From NCBI RefSeq assembly GCF_964355755.1, contig NC_092679.1, positions 4,122,201 through 4,186,200 of the forward strand: 64,000 nucleotides of DNA, written 5' to 3'. Below, piece after piece: positions 12,801 to 26,100 of this stretch (positions within the stretch are counted from its first letter, which is position 1; each line of letters starts with the position of its first letter). The DNA comes from Antedon mediterranea (Eukaryota; Animalia; Echinodermata). A model generated the notes under the pieces. It had not been told where the DNA came from and did not search any database. It was given only the letters and a program-made list of their open reading frames with translations. Made by a program: the position numbers and the translations under genes.

Positions 12801-15800
12801 TGCAAAATTTGAAACTTCACTTAAATAAACAAGAAAAGCTATTATTACTGTATTGACAAATATTCAGGTACCTGGTAATCATCTAACAGAACTGTATGTT
12901 CCCCGGGTCAATGAACAAATCTGAGTGGATTAGAAAGCTTTAACAAACTAAGAGATTTAAGAGTAGCAGTCTTAGATGACTCCGTTGTCAAGGCCACAAG
13001 TGCCAAATCCCTTTGTATTGATGATATGTTAAAAGCAAAAGAATAAAGAAGGCTCCAGACTACAAGCTACAATTTTATTCGATTTCTGTGGCCCTTTTGG
13101 GCTTTGTCAATAAGAACTCTCAAACCAGACAAATTTCTCATTTGTAATGACCTAAAAAAGGTTAATGACAGAGCCAAAGCTTGAGGGACCAAAATTTTGA
13201 CTTGCCAGAACAATAACCTCAAGTGAGGAGGGCCGGGCCGCGATTTTTTTTTTCGTACATAAGTTAGGGACCCCCTCATGAAACGTCACAAAATAAACAT
13301 GAATAATTCATCAGTTAAATTTTCTTGCTCCGTCCGTGTGCACCCAAGCGCATAGCAACAAGAACAACTACGATACGATTCTAGGCCTAGGCGATTCTCC
13401 ACTGTGTTTGCGGCGTGCGATTTCATAAAAGAATAGCGGCGTTTTGTGTGGATTGTCGAAATAATCTGTCTTCAGTTTTTGGTTTTTTTTTAAATAATTA
13501 TTTATTACTAAAGAATTACGTGATAAAATTATAGTTTCTATTAATACTATTAGGCCTAATTATTAGTCTCTATAAAGCTCGTGTCTATTCTAGTAGTCTG
13601 TGTGTGTGTGTGTGTGTGTGTTAGGTGCTCCGAGTAATAAGTCAGCAAAATTAAACAAATACATTACACAAAATTTATTCTCGTGTTCATACGCGTATTT
13701 TTAAAGTTCCTTTGAGTACATGCATATTGTTTGATAATAAAATAACAGAATTAAAAAATTACAGTACACAAAATTATACACATTCTTTATTCTCGTGTGT
13801 CTAAACTTTCTTTGGGCTATGACCAATACTACTAATACTTAGTTGAATGTGTCTTGCCTAGCTGTCGACACATTTTGCATAGTGGTAGTGTGTGTGTGTG
13901 TGTGTGAAGAGTGCGCCAAGGCAATCACGTGAATCCTAGCCTAGGAAGAATCGTATCGCAGTTGTAATAATCACGCGTTGTTGCGATTATTTTTTCGTAC
14001 ATAAGTTAGGGACCCCTCATGAAACGTCACAAAATAAACATGAATAATTCATCAGTTAAATGTTCTTGTTCCGTGTGCACCCAAGCGTATAGCAACAAGA
14101 AGTGATTACACAAGTGCGGGGTACGACTAGGCCTATCTCCGCTGTTGTTGCGGCGTGCGATTTCATAGAAGAATAGCGGCGTTTTGTGTGGATTGTCGAA
14201 ATAATCAGCCTTTTTTAGTTTATTGTGTTTTTAATATAATAAAGAATTACGTGTTAAAATTATAGTTTCTATTAATACTAGTATTAGGCCTAATTATTAG
14301 TCTCTAAACCCATGTCTATTCTAGTAGTAGCTGTGTGGGTGTGTGTGACGTGTGTGTGTTAGGTATGACCAAAGATAGTTACACTGACTTTGGTATGACA
14401 CAATCCGAGTAATAAGTCAGCAAAATTAAACAATAAACATTACACAAAAATACATTTTTTATTCTCGTGGGTCAAATCTTCCCATCTCATGTGTTCATAT
14501 ACGCGCATTTTTAAAGTTCCTTTGAGTACATGCATATTGTTTGATAATAAAATAGCAGAATTAAAAAAATACAGTACACAAATTATACACATTCTTTATT
14601 CTTGTGGGTCTAAGCTTTCTTTGGGCTATGTCCAATGAATTACTACTTAGTTTAATGTCTTGCCTAGCTGTCGATTAGCATCGACTCGACACATTTTGTG
14701 TGAAGAAGAGTGCGCGAAGGCAATCACGTGAATTGACTTAGAATCCTAGGCCTACTGTAGAAAGTATCGTATCGCAGTTGTGTAATCACTTCTTGTTGCT
14801 ATACGCTTGGGTGCACACGGAACAACAAATTTAACTGATGAATTCTTCATGTTTATTTTGTGACATTTCATGAGGGGTCCCCAACTTATGTACGGAAAAA
14901 AAATCGCGGCCGGACCGGATTTATCAAACTTGAGCAAAAAAATCGTCTTAACTTTTCCTTAAATCCTTGATTTTGTCAGAAGTCAGATTTATTAATATAT
15001 CTAAGCAAAAACATTTGCTTAATTTGGTCTTAAATCTAAGACGATGAAAAATGTCGTCTTATCTCATTTCTGCAACAAAAACATTCGTTTTTGACAACGC
15101 GAGCGCGCTAGGCCGGAACATTGAACATTTGGAAAGGCTACGCTACTATGCGTTTTCAGCTGTACTACGGACGCTAAAATAATGATATTGATCTTCATAA
15201 AAATGGCCTAGAAATTGGAACGAGCAAAAGTAATATTTTCGGGATAGATACGACCCACTTGACTAGCTTTTAGAAAATTGTTAACTGCCAAGGGTCGCTG
15301 TCAAAATAAATGAATGTTGATCTGATTTAAGTTTAGAGCGAATGATTTTCGTATGTATTTCCGACTGTTGTGCTCTTTCTCTATTTCAAGTAATAAAAAC
15401 AATAGCAGCCAGAATGCGCCCTCTTTTGTTGGGAGTGAAAATACGGAGATAAAATGTTATAGCGCTGCCATCGCTAAGAGAAAAAAGCTAATGCGCACGC
15501 GTAAGCAAGGATTTTTTGTCTTAAGACATAATTTGCTGCCCCCTAGAGTTTAATGCTGCGCATGTGCAAAGTAAAATTTACCTAAGACAATTTTTCTAAG
15601 ACGGTTTGATAAATAAGATTAAGTTGTTTGCTTAAGCACTTAAATATTTCAGCTTTTTAAGCAAAAATATAAGCAAATATTAATAAATGCCAACCCTGAC
15701 TTTACGCGACGCAGTTAGCTCCAATAGGGTATTCAACCCCCAAACATATCGACCTCAAAGTTCTCACAATCAGTTCCAAGTACCAGCCAGGGTAGGCCTA

Positions 15801-18015
15801 CAGTCTGGCAGTATCGGTGCAGGGGAGTCATAAAGTTCAGGAAATGTTGTCGATAGATTCAAAAGTATGTATACTAAACTAAAACTTTTATACTTAAACC
15901 ATTGAAACAAATTTTTTACAATATCATTTTAAATTCAGTGAGGGAATAATAATAGAATAGAAGTCGACCGGTACCAAAACTGAACCGAACTGAACCGAAC
16001 TGAACCTAACTGAACCGAACTGAACCTAACTGAACCGGAAAAATTGTATTCCACAAAAAAACACTTATCCAAATATGTTATGTAAAGTGTTCACCACTGC
16101 CTAGAGAATAATATCACTATGATACTCTCGGTCCCAAAAAAACGGATAATAGATAAATAATTAAACCAATACATTGAGTATACACATTTTTAAATGGATA
16201 CCATCAACACTGCATTGTATAGTTGGGAATACACAAAGATTCACAGAAATATTTTAAAATCTCGCTACTATGGAGAGATTTATAAATACACGGCATTATA
16301 ACCTGAAATCTGTTTTTGTACCTACTAAGCAGATCACCTTTGTAGGTTCTAACATTAATTCAAATACTATGAGAATAACTTTGATCGGGTCCAAACATAT
16401 AGGTGTTTTTCACAAACGGTTTTACATTATATAAACACATATACAAATAAACTTTATTACTGACAGTTGCTTTTCAACGCTTGTATTAATTATTACTGTA
16501 ATTACAAAAAATATAAATATCGTTACATGTAGGCCTACTTTACTATTTCAATCGACTATTTGTGTAAATTTGAATTATTTTGGGCTCATTTTGTTGAAGT
16601 AATTCCACAATTTCAACAAAGTTTTAAATCGCAATGTTTTACTGTGTTTAGTGGTATATTATTTGTAAAACATGAAAACAATTTTAATTGTTTTGTAACG
16701 AAATATTAAAATATTTCGTTACTGAATGGATAAAGAACGTATTTAAAAATTGTTCCTTTTTGCACCCATTCTTTTCTCCATCCCTCCAACCCTAATGTTA
16801 CATACAAAACACAAATTGTGTTTTTTTAAATTTGACTCAAACATTTGGACTCATTTTGTAACTTTCTCTTTCGAAAGTAATTCACAGGGTGCTAATTTTA
16901 GTTGAGTACATAAATCACTGTGTCTATTTATCGTTCCTGTAAACGACATGTATTATTGTACATTTGAAATCGCTATTTTTTTTTACGCTGAAATTATACT
17001 ATGTATTCGAGAACAATTCTGGACACGACCTAATAAATTGTAATTATATGAGTTATTAGTTAGGAGTGGAGGAGTTGTACGCCCTCCCTATTACGGAGAT
17101 ACGGTTACCCAACCCAAACTCCTTCACTCAATATTCTGCTCTTAATACTGGTTGACACATGCGCGGTACTGCCTCCCGTACAACTACTCCACTCCTAACT
17201 AATAATTCATATAATACAATTAAATTTCAACTTACAGGTAAGTATCGTTTAATTTTTAATTAAACAAGGAGGAGATGAGTTCTTGAGCAGAAGAAATTTG
17301 AAGGAAGAGTAAGATGAAGCAAGTCGGATGTCTAAAGATACTTCACTATGTCTAGCAATGGTGAAGTTAAAAGAATGAGTGGTAGGAGGAAGATGGAGAA
17401 GGATACAAATAGCTTTGTTTTGGATTGTTTAAGTTTTAATGCTTTACAGGAGTCCCAGACAAAGCAACAATAGTCAAGTCTGGAGATAATAATAAAGAAT
17501 TATACAAGAGGTGAAGAGAGGAACTATAAGTAAATTTGGAGGTAGGTCTACGTGCAAGTGTGTAATTGAGTTTAGTTTTGTACAGAGCGACGATATATGT
17601 GATTTCCAGGCAAGAGTATTATGATGATAATGCCAAGGTGTGAGAAGTAACGGATTTGATAGGAGAGTTATTAAGACTGAGGTAAATTGACTGAGTTGTT
17701 GGCTTTTAGCTTAGGAGAAGTACATGACATTAATAAGCGCGTATCTCTGTGTAAACAAAAAATACTTTCTCACTTGATTTTATCACATCTTTTTAAAACT
17801 CAAACTAATTGACAGTTTTCCCCACTCAATCAACTAATGTTTTACGTTTAAACGTACAAATCTATGTAATGTAAGAAAATGATTTTTGTTTTCCAATCTC
17901 TTAATACCGGATTTAAAGTAGTAAAAACCAAACAAAATTCAACTTACCGTCCTGGGCTGGGCACAGAAATTATAATGTTAACCAATGAAAGAAATATAAA
18001 CAACGAAAACATCAT
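1..18015 (-). CDS. Receptor copy 1 (3' part runs off the left edge): EMI-NIM/cbEGF-Sushi-EGF-coiled-coil/Cys hairpin-Ig multi-exon type-I membrane protein
   Basis: GT-AG exons, all phase-compatible: 18015-17948 (signal [22 protein letters not shown]), 12124-11999 and 11257-11151 (EMI, NVC...CCGGW), 10198-10103 (NIM), 9757-9635 (cbEGF), 9370-9278 (NIM), 9022-8906, 8449-8354, 8133-8020, 7431-7321, 6913-6791, 6550-6377 and 6153-5977 (Sushi), 5849-4519, 4148-3998, 3866-<1. Exon lengths match copy 2, and the indels found in the large exon are in frame. Confidence 0.85.
4231..4435. repeat. 21-bp minisatellite (tatgtatgtgtactttaggcc), about 9-10 units, intronic
   Basis: Tandem repeat visible directly; only ~2 units at the paralogous site 29375-29420. 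Confidence 0.95.
4519..5849 (-). CDS. Copy 1 exon 14: EGF domain plus ~400-aa unknown beta-rich domain
   Basis: Acceptor at 5850, donor at 4518, 1331 nt; starts [15 protein letters not shown]...[13 protein letters not shown] and continues as the 390-aa ORF; paralogue at 29506-30836. Confidence 0.88.
7221..7289 (+). mobile_element. L2-type LINE/SINE 3' tail remnant
   Basis: gcgcc-tgagca...ggcgctatataaat followed by (gatt)n; similar tails at 52170-52237, 38620-38690 and, inverted, 38290-38352. Confidence 0.55.
8627..8760. mobile_element. ~130-bp palindromic MITE-like dispersed repeat
   Basis: acactatcaaa...gtgatgtgcccaaatatggtag...tttgatagt..acagagct; related copies at 24857-25000, 35265-35390 and 54497-54602. 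Confidence 0.6.
10571..11127 (+). mobile_element. 5'-truncated non-LTR retrotransposon 3' end with C-terminal CCHC zinc finger (RTE-X-like), specific to copy 1
   Basis: ORF motif [24 protein letters not shown]; (tgaa)n tail; atatc target-site duplication at 10566-10570 and 11128-11132; empty site in copy 3 near 56424. Confidence 0.8.
13228..14918. mobile_element. Non-autonomous TIR element with an internal tandem duplication, in copy 1 intron 1
   Basis: ~160-bp inverted termini (13231 ggccgcgattttt..cgtacataagtt..gacccctcatgaaa, reverse-complemented at ~14760-14915); internal ~740-bp unit present twice (~13243-13985 and ~13985-14750). Confidence 0.75.
15979..16038. repeat. 10-bp tandem repeat (ctgaaccgaa), about 6 units
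   Basis: Directly visible. Confidence 0.9.
17036..17221. mobile_element. Small palindromic MITE
   Basis: aattgtaattatatgagttattagttaggagtg..gttgtacg is inverted at 17178-17221. Confidence 0.7.
17260..17735 (-). mobile_element. Degenerate CR1/L2-group LINE ORF2 fragment
   Basis: Minus-strand reading gives [12 protein letters not shown] and HLGII, typical of the post-RT region of CR1/L2 elements; frame is broken. Confidence 0.6.
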
Positions 18016-18135
18016 TAAATCGTGTATGCAATCAATGCATTTAATTGTCTGGTGTAACTGCCTTAAAAAAAAATCGAAATGTGCTTTTAGAAGCGGCAAT
18101 GTACCCCGATGTGACGTTTAATATGTTGTTCTCGG

Positions 18136-18213
18136 CTTATATACAAACATGAAACAAAAAATACGTCAGATCACGTGATGTTTCAAATATTTTATTTTAA
18201 CACTACTTCCTGT
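18136..18213 (-). promoter_or_regulatory. Putative core promoter of copy 1: TATA (18136-18143), E-box TCACGTGA (18171-18178), ETS site ACAGGAAGT (18205-18213)
   Basis: Motifs lie ~120-200 bp upstream of the ATG and recur in the same order in copy 2 (39125-39199); homology between copies is lost further upstream. Confidence 0.6.
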
Positions 18214-20989
18214 TACGCTTGTTTCTATATATAAATTATGGTTAATTCTGACATAGGCGAGCAGAATGGAAAAATTTCGGTACAAATCTCTGCCTTGGAT
18301 ACCTACCTGATCTATTTTAGATGTACCGTAAAATGTAAATTTGATACCATTAGTTTTCACTATTACGATATTTTCCATATTTCTATCTTAGGAAGATATT
18401 ATAAAGAGTTTTTAAATAAAATTTCATGATTTCATTGGTAGATTTTCAAATCAGTTTCAATTGTACGTACGCGTTCAAAGTAATTTCCGGGTTCACGATG
18501 AGTTCACCTTGCAACAACCTGGTTTCAACTAAGTTGGCCGTTAGTGGCCATAGTTTTTTGTTTATTTTCGGAACGGACCGCGCGTGTGAAGGTACAGTAG
18601 TTAAAAAATAAACATTATACTGCAAATTAATAAAGATCAAATTAAATATACGCCATAAAGCATCGGAATATATTGTGGGGAATAGTATTATAAAATTACA
18701 TAGGGAGATCTGATAAGACATTTTGTTTAAAATCGAGTGAAATCCCGATGGACGAGTTTTATTGAGTAAGCTGGCAGGAATAACTGTAGGCTATCCGTAT
18801 TCCATTAGGACCGGAATGTCTGCCTATGTTGCAAGTCGTCTAAAACGTCTTCTTTCTTGGACTGAAACGGTCCACTCTGTCGCGGAAGTTAATTTCAAAA
18901 GATGTTTAAATTAAATAATGTATTAATTATTAGGATGGTATTTATTTGAATAAACGCCTCCCCAATAAAACATCACTTTGAATAATAACCCCCCCCCCCC
19001 CGCCAACCCAACTATCTAATAAACGCCCATCCAAATTTATACACACAATATTGTAATATATTTATAATAACACAATTATACTATTTGTAGTAGAATTCAT
19101 CGTACTGTTGTCTACAAGCATTACCTAGCATTTGTTATTCTTTTTTACCATTTTCATATATATTAGAGGATTTCATTTGATTATAAATGTTACCATATTA
19201 TTAAAACTAAAAAATAAACATATCCCTTGAATAAGCACTTCCCACAAATGAACTCCACCTCCCCACTTCCGCCCTATAAGGGCCCTACCAAACAGTAAAC
19301 ACTATACTTTAAAATTTTATTAATCATCTAAGACACTGTCAAACAGAGTAGGTTTAGTTTTACTAATGTCAAGCATTTTCAGTAATGGTAACCGACAAAG
19401 GAGAACGTCCTTCTAAAACCTTTTTACCCGAGTCATTATTATTCCGAGAACCATCGTCTACACTTCCTAGAGGGGGAGCGAGCGAAGCGAGCTCACCCTC
19501 TAGTGATTTTAAATTTCATCATATTATAACATCATCATAAACATAATATTAGTAGTAATACTACTACTACTAATAATAATAATTAGACTAGTGTAATCTT
19601 TTATGACATTTATTGAAGTGTGAAAACCTGAATCTAGATTATATTGCATGCTAACGTCATTAGTTTTTTAATTAATCTCTTGCGTTATTGTTGAATTTAA
19701 ATGATTTCTATCTCTGAAAATTTCCGGCTAGCAAAACTACAAAATCATTGCAAAAGCATCCGTTCAGTTTTTTGTCGTATGATGAAAATACGTTAAACTT
19801 GAAGGTTTAAGTGTCTTCAGTTAACTCAGTCCAGCTCATTGATCAATATACCTGCAATTGAATAGGCCTCTAAACATAATATTGGTATCTCTAAATCAAT
19901 GTTTATTACCCTGATAGTAATTTATGGGTATTGCCCAAATCAATGTTTACCCTGTTAGTCATTTTATGGGATAGGCCTACACAGTCAGGGGAAAATAGCG
20001 AAAGTTTTCTTTTATCAGATCGAGAATCTATATTGTTTTGACAACTCTTGTAACATGACCACATTGCTGATTTTGCCATATTTCATCTACTGTACAGTGT
20101 TCATGATACTAATCGAAATAACAATATTTATTTTTTCCCCACAAATATTCTAAATATATTTTATGAGTTGCTTATTCGAAGGCTAAAAAGGTAATTATCG
20201 TAAAATTCCTTAGTTTTCTTGATGTATGTAGAAGAGCTAATTGTAAATAATTTAGGTAATTTAGTTTCAAAATACTGGAATTATTATTTAACATTTGTAT
20301 TAATAGTCGTACCTTAAATTAACAGTTTCCACGGTTTTTGTTTGGTAACGGTATGTTCTGGTTGACTAAAAAAATTCCTTTTTGATATCTCAAACTGACA
20401 CCTTTTGTTCCTATTTTATGAAGCTTCTGTGAAAATAATCCAGCTTGGCTGGTTGCTGGTTATTTAGATAATAGACTGGAATGGCTGCTTTTCAGAGATT
20501 CGTGCAGCCATGGCAACCCCAAACTGTTATGACAGACAGAATCGCGATCAAAAAACAATGGCCTTCGTGGGCTTCGCGATCAAAAGACGATACATCGTAG
20601 GTAATGCCCCACGTGGGCTGTGAAGGGTTACGCGTGGGAACGAAGCAGTAATTATTAACTGTACTGTAACATAACAATCAAGCAAGCTTGCTAGTCCTGT
20701 TTACAATTTAACTACACAATATAATTACCTTGTTTGCAATTCCGAGCTTGCCACTACTTGGAGAGGTTTTGTACTGGAGACTGTGCATCTAAACACCACG
20801 CGATCACAACCACAGTAAGCCATGATTTCGATTCTCAAATTGATAGTCGCCATGGAGCCCAACCTTCTCCAAAAAAAAAAAAGTAAAAAAATCGGAATAA
20901 TCACCGGCATAAAATATTCGAATTTAAAACCACCACAATTCCTTTTTTAAAACTATTTGATCAATGCTGTTTTTCAAGTTTTCTTGTTA

Positions 20990-21710
20990 TAATAAATAAT
21001 AATAAATAATATATTTATACAGGATAAAACAATCAGATAACAGTGTATCTGTTTTACATTGTGGTCCTGTCTTAATCAAAATATACAAAAGAGAAACTTA
21101 ATTAAATATAATACAGTGTTTATGAAAAGAATGAGATTTGTATCTAGCCTTAAAGGACGTAATTGTTGGTGCCGATTTAATATTAATTGGTAAACTGTTC
21201 CATATTTTTGCGCCTGCAACTTTAAAGGACGAATTCATTTTACTAAGGGTGTATTTAGGTATTGTTACATTCAAATTTTCTACTCCACGTGTTAAGTGGG
21301 TGTGAATATCACGAATCAATTCAATTTCATTTACTAATCTAATTGGTGCTAGGCCGTAAACACATTTATACATTAGACATGCTAGGGAGAAATCTCGTTT
21401 CTCTTCAAGAGTTTGCCACGACAGGTTCTGGATGATGTTGTCACCCCTTACATTAATATAATCAAAGTTGTTTGTTACAATTCGAGCAGCTCTTTTTTGA
21501 TGTCGCTTTAAAATATTTTTGTTTAACTCTGTCGTATTTCCCCAGACTGTTATAGCATAGTCACTACAAGGCTGAATTGTACTTATATATAGAGTTTCGA
21601 GTAACGGTTTACTTAAACTACTAGCCATTTTACCTAGCATTGTTATTTTATATCCAATATTTTTACTAATACATTGGGTATTTTGTTTCCAAGTTAAAAT
21701 GTCATTGTGG
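20990..21710 (-). mobile_element. 5'-truncated CR1-group (Crack/Daphne/L2-like) LINE 3' end
   Basis: 180-aa ORF with IQPCSDYAITVWG, QKRAARIV and SFKVAGAKIWNSLP motifs, plus a (tat)n tail near 20990-21010. Confidence 0.8.
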
Positions 21711-21902
21711 GCGGTTTCTCACTAAAACAAAATCAAAATTTAATATAGGCATATTCTCTGTAATTATATATGTCTACCTATTTATACCGAGAAATTCAGA
21801 ATTATGACTTAAAAATTGTAGGTGCTATCGTCCTAACAAAGCAAGTTCTGTACTTGGCAAAATTATATTTTGCCAAGTAATAATGGCAATGAAGCCGAGG
21901 GC

Positions 21903-22175
21903 GCTATACGTTAGGGCATCAATAGGGCATATATATGGTTGTTGTTATTGTCATGATAGTTACCTGAATGATGCTATACGTTAGGGCATCAATAGGACTT
22001 TTATATAATTGTTGTTATTGTCATGATAGTTACCTGAATGATGCTATACGTTAGGGCATCAATAGGGCATTTATATCATTTTTGTTATTGTCATGATAGT
22101 TACCTGAATGATTATTTACTTCAATTGTTGTCTTCTCCGATGTTATGCTTTCTAAGCGGTTTTCGCACATGCAGT
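21903..22175 (-). pseudogene. Unit 1 remnant of the Ig-gene exon 4 3' end, with a triplicated splice-donor block
   Basis: CMCENRLESITSEKTTIEVNNHS|gtaact at ~22103-22175 matches 59910-59980; a ~69-bp block containing the donor occurs three times over 21903-22110. Confidence 0.75.
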
Positions 22176-23118
22176 ACTATTAAACGATCGTTTAAAAGTA
22201 CTTTTTTTCGTGTACGAAAACAAAAATCTTTTTGCGTTTGGAAAATATTTTGTTATACTATTGCTTTTAAAATACAACAGCGCCACCTATTTTGTAATTT
22301 TTCCGCAAATGTTATTGTTGCGATTGGTTTAGCAAGAAAAGTACATTTTTGGAGATACATGTTTCGCATGGAAACGAAGTATTGAGGGCGCCGTCCAAAA
22401 TATGACTGCGGTAAATTTGAGCGAAGCGCAGGTACGTGTTCCATTGCTGCATAGGCCTAGCGTAACAACAAAGCGAGTGAGGACTTGGCGGACTGAAGAT
22501 AAAACTGTTATTTATCAAAATTGATAATTTTCAAACAAAGGTTGAAGTCAACAGGGTCGACGTGGTTTCCAGTAGCACTTGGCTTAGCAACTTAATCAAA
22601 ACTGCACATAAGTAAGTAATTTCATCTTACACAAGAGTGAGTATATTTTGCTCTTCTATTAAAACATTTATTTATTAAAAATCATTAAAATTAAACATTT
22701 TATATTTGGATTTCTATGATTTACCAGACCAAAAGCACGACGAAGAAATGGCGTTGTGATTCATTGATCACATTCGGGAATTAACATTTGTCGACGATTA
22801 GTGAAAATTTACTTAAAAGAATGCGCTGTTTAAGCGCTCTAATGTCATTAAAATGTCTAAAATCATTGTCTATAGCTATATCGCTCATTCAAAACTAACT
22901 GTAACTATTAGAATTATCAACACAATATTATATATTCTAAATACAAAAATAGACAACAAGGTACTATCTATTATGCCAATATTATGTAAATGTGAATCAA
23001 TATTTGTGTACTCTCATAACTATGTATATACATCTAAAAGTTCATAATTATATTTGGTTTATTATGTGTTATATGCTATTCAAGGCAGAGGAACGAAAGA
23101 TATTATCAATACATTTAT

Positions 23119-26100
23119 TTAAATTTCTGAAGTTGTATACACATTTTCATTTGATGACTGGATATTGTCAATGCCTTCTAGAGTTTCTTTATCTTCATCT
23201 TCTTCTTCCACGCACTTTGTTTCCAAACGATCCATCATCTTATCGAGGTCATTCTTATCGTCTCTCTTCTTGTTAACTATGGAAAAAACATGGCAGAATA
23301 ATGCCAACATTGTCCGATTTAGTTTTCAGTAGTAGAAGTATATTCTGTTTTATTATTTTCAACAAATATATATTTGTTGTCTGGTCAGTCATTTCTTTCT
23401 CTTTGGTGGGTGCGTCACACATCTATTCTTTAAAAACATACATAGAATATATGTAACATTTTCATTAATATATTTTTATCTATTTTCTTATATGAACATG
23501 ATTATAATTTTCCTATGTTATATTTCTATAACTTAGTAGAATTACTTACCTCTATACATCTTCACTTTTCTTTGTAAGATATATATTACGAATACCAAGA
23601 TCAGTACAACACATCCTCCACAAACACCTCCGATGATGTAGGCCAAATTACTTTCGTCCTTTAAAAAATTGTTTAAGTGAATACTTGAATTGTTATGCAT
23701 GGTACAAGCAATACTTTGATGCCAACACGTTAAAAATTATTTGTTTAATATAGGCCTATATGTGTGTGTCCTACTTATGTGTTAACATAAGTCTGTAAAA
23801 CTATTAATTTTTGGAAAAACTGTATTTTAATTTGCATCGTATTTATAATTCTGTAATTCTCAGTTGACATTTTTATTTGTGCTATTGATTGCTAAACAAC
23901 AAACAATGATAACGTTAATACAATTGTTACGGTACAGTATATATACTAAATAAATTCTATAATGTTTACCTCTCCTGGGTTCTCTTTCGATTGTGGTGTA
24001 CTAGAAGAAACTAAAAGAAACAGATAGAAAGACAATAATTAATATACATATGCATTTTAAAGTTGATTGGATACACTTTGGTATAACAAAGTTGAAAATC
24101 GTGTTGGCATGTTCTACAAACAATTATTGTTTGAACAACGTTAACATTTCATTGTTATTTTTGCATTCTGAATAGTACAACCAATGTCACAAACCATCCT
24201 GTTTTCTATGAAATTTTCTAAATTGAGATTATAGAGTACGTACATATGACATTTTTTATATATAGATTGAAACGAGTATATACCTGCTATTAGACAAATA
24301 TACTTCTGTTACAAGCCTATCATGAATTAATTTTGTTATTTTTGGACTTACAAGGAATGTCACTGCAAATCCTTGATCCAATATCAGCTTCGGTATAGCC
24401 ATCACACTTCAGACATTCCGTCTGTCCTCTCTCAGGTTGGTAAAATCCTTGTGGACATTGCTCACACACTGCATCCTTTCCGCGATACGATCCAGGAGGA
24501 CAGTTTACTAAAGAAAATATACGCACAATATGTGTCAACTAAAGATAATAACAGTGAAATGTGATTGATCAAACAGACGTAGAGATAATACAGTACAATA
24601 CGCCATAGTGTATATTGATTTAGGCGAAACTTACGGCAAGTTCTTGATCCAGCGTCAGTATTAATGTAACCGTCACATTTCAGGCATTCCGTCTGTCCTT
24701 CTTTGGGCTGGTAAAAACCTACTGGACATTGCTGACAGACGGCAGGCAAGTTATTATTTCCACGATACGATCCGGGAGGACAGTTCACTAAAATAAACAA
24801 CAAAGGAAATGGTGTTTTCCCCTTTTCAATATTATTTCAATATCAAAATCAGAAATACACTATCAAATTTTATGTGACAAAAACAATGTGATGTGACCAT
24901 AATTATGGACATGATGATCATATCAGATCATATCACATATCGCTACCATATTTGGGCATATCACTACCATATTTGGTCACATCACACAGTTTGACAGAGC
25001 GTTATATGTACAGAACACAAAACAGAGGAGCGATCAGAAACATTTTGTGAACCAAAAGATAAAGAACAACTCACCACAAATATAACCGTCGGCGTGCGCG
25101 TATTGATGGTTGGGACAGATAGGACCGTTTAAACCAGAATTGAAGCCTGTCACTTCCAATACTTCATCTTGATGTTCAAATAGTTCACCTGGACTCAGCA
25201 AGTTCTGAAGTTGCACAACTTTGTCAAGGATATCGTCAATCTTATCTTTTACCCGTTGCGCCGAATCCTGACGACTTGCAGTTACGATATCAATAGAAGA
25301 TGCAGCCGTACTTTTTATTTCAAATGTTATCTGTGTAAGAAATGTTTTCCCTTGTGGATTGGACTCCTGATAGTTGAGACGTTTTACTTCAGGATCATTA
25401 TTACTAATGACATTTGTAATAGTATCTTCCAAAGATGCGTTTGATGACTTAGAAGAGTCTTCTCGATAAAGGTCTATGGTTATATTGGTTGAGTATTCCG
25501 GCATCGATATGTCAAGAATGTGAAGTCTAGCAGCATTTGAAAGCACTCGTCCGTGTTCGTTCCATGCTTCGCACGTATACCATCCATCTTGGGAAAAGTC
25601 TAGGCTTAATATCTCAATACTTGAACTATTCTGCCCTTGGATGGATTCCATATCTGATGACAGCGACTTCTGAAAATACCATTGATAGTCTGCTAGTGGC
25701 TGAGCTGAGGCTTCACAAGTGAAGTATGCGCCTTCAATGTTACCATGTTCAATTTCAGTATCTTGAGGATGCTCGCTGATAAAAGGAGCGAACTCAACTG
25801 TGACGTCACATTGTAACGACGACACCGATGTCACTTCATTGGAAGCCTGGCAGGTGTAAGTGCCAGTATGAGATGCATTTGCCTGTTTTATAGTTAGTGT
25901 GTTTGAATTTATTCCCTTTAGTATTTGACCATTGAACACCCAAGCAAATGTTGGCAAAGGATTTCCAGTTGCTTGACATGCCAGAGAGAAAACTTCTCCT
26001 TCGACTGCTATTATTTTTGGTTCTGGGTGCTGGGTGATTATAGGCGCTTCTAAGCATACATCGTTAGAATCTTTCAGAAAGGCAACCTGGTCTAGTACAG

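Noticed and set aside
23330-23428. Extra cytoplasmic exon between the TM and last exon of copy 2
   Set aside because: Both candidate acceptors give an immediate stop in phase 1 and copy 3 has no counterpart; a tail-less isoform cannot be supported without RNA data.
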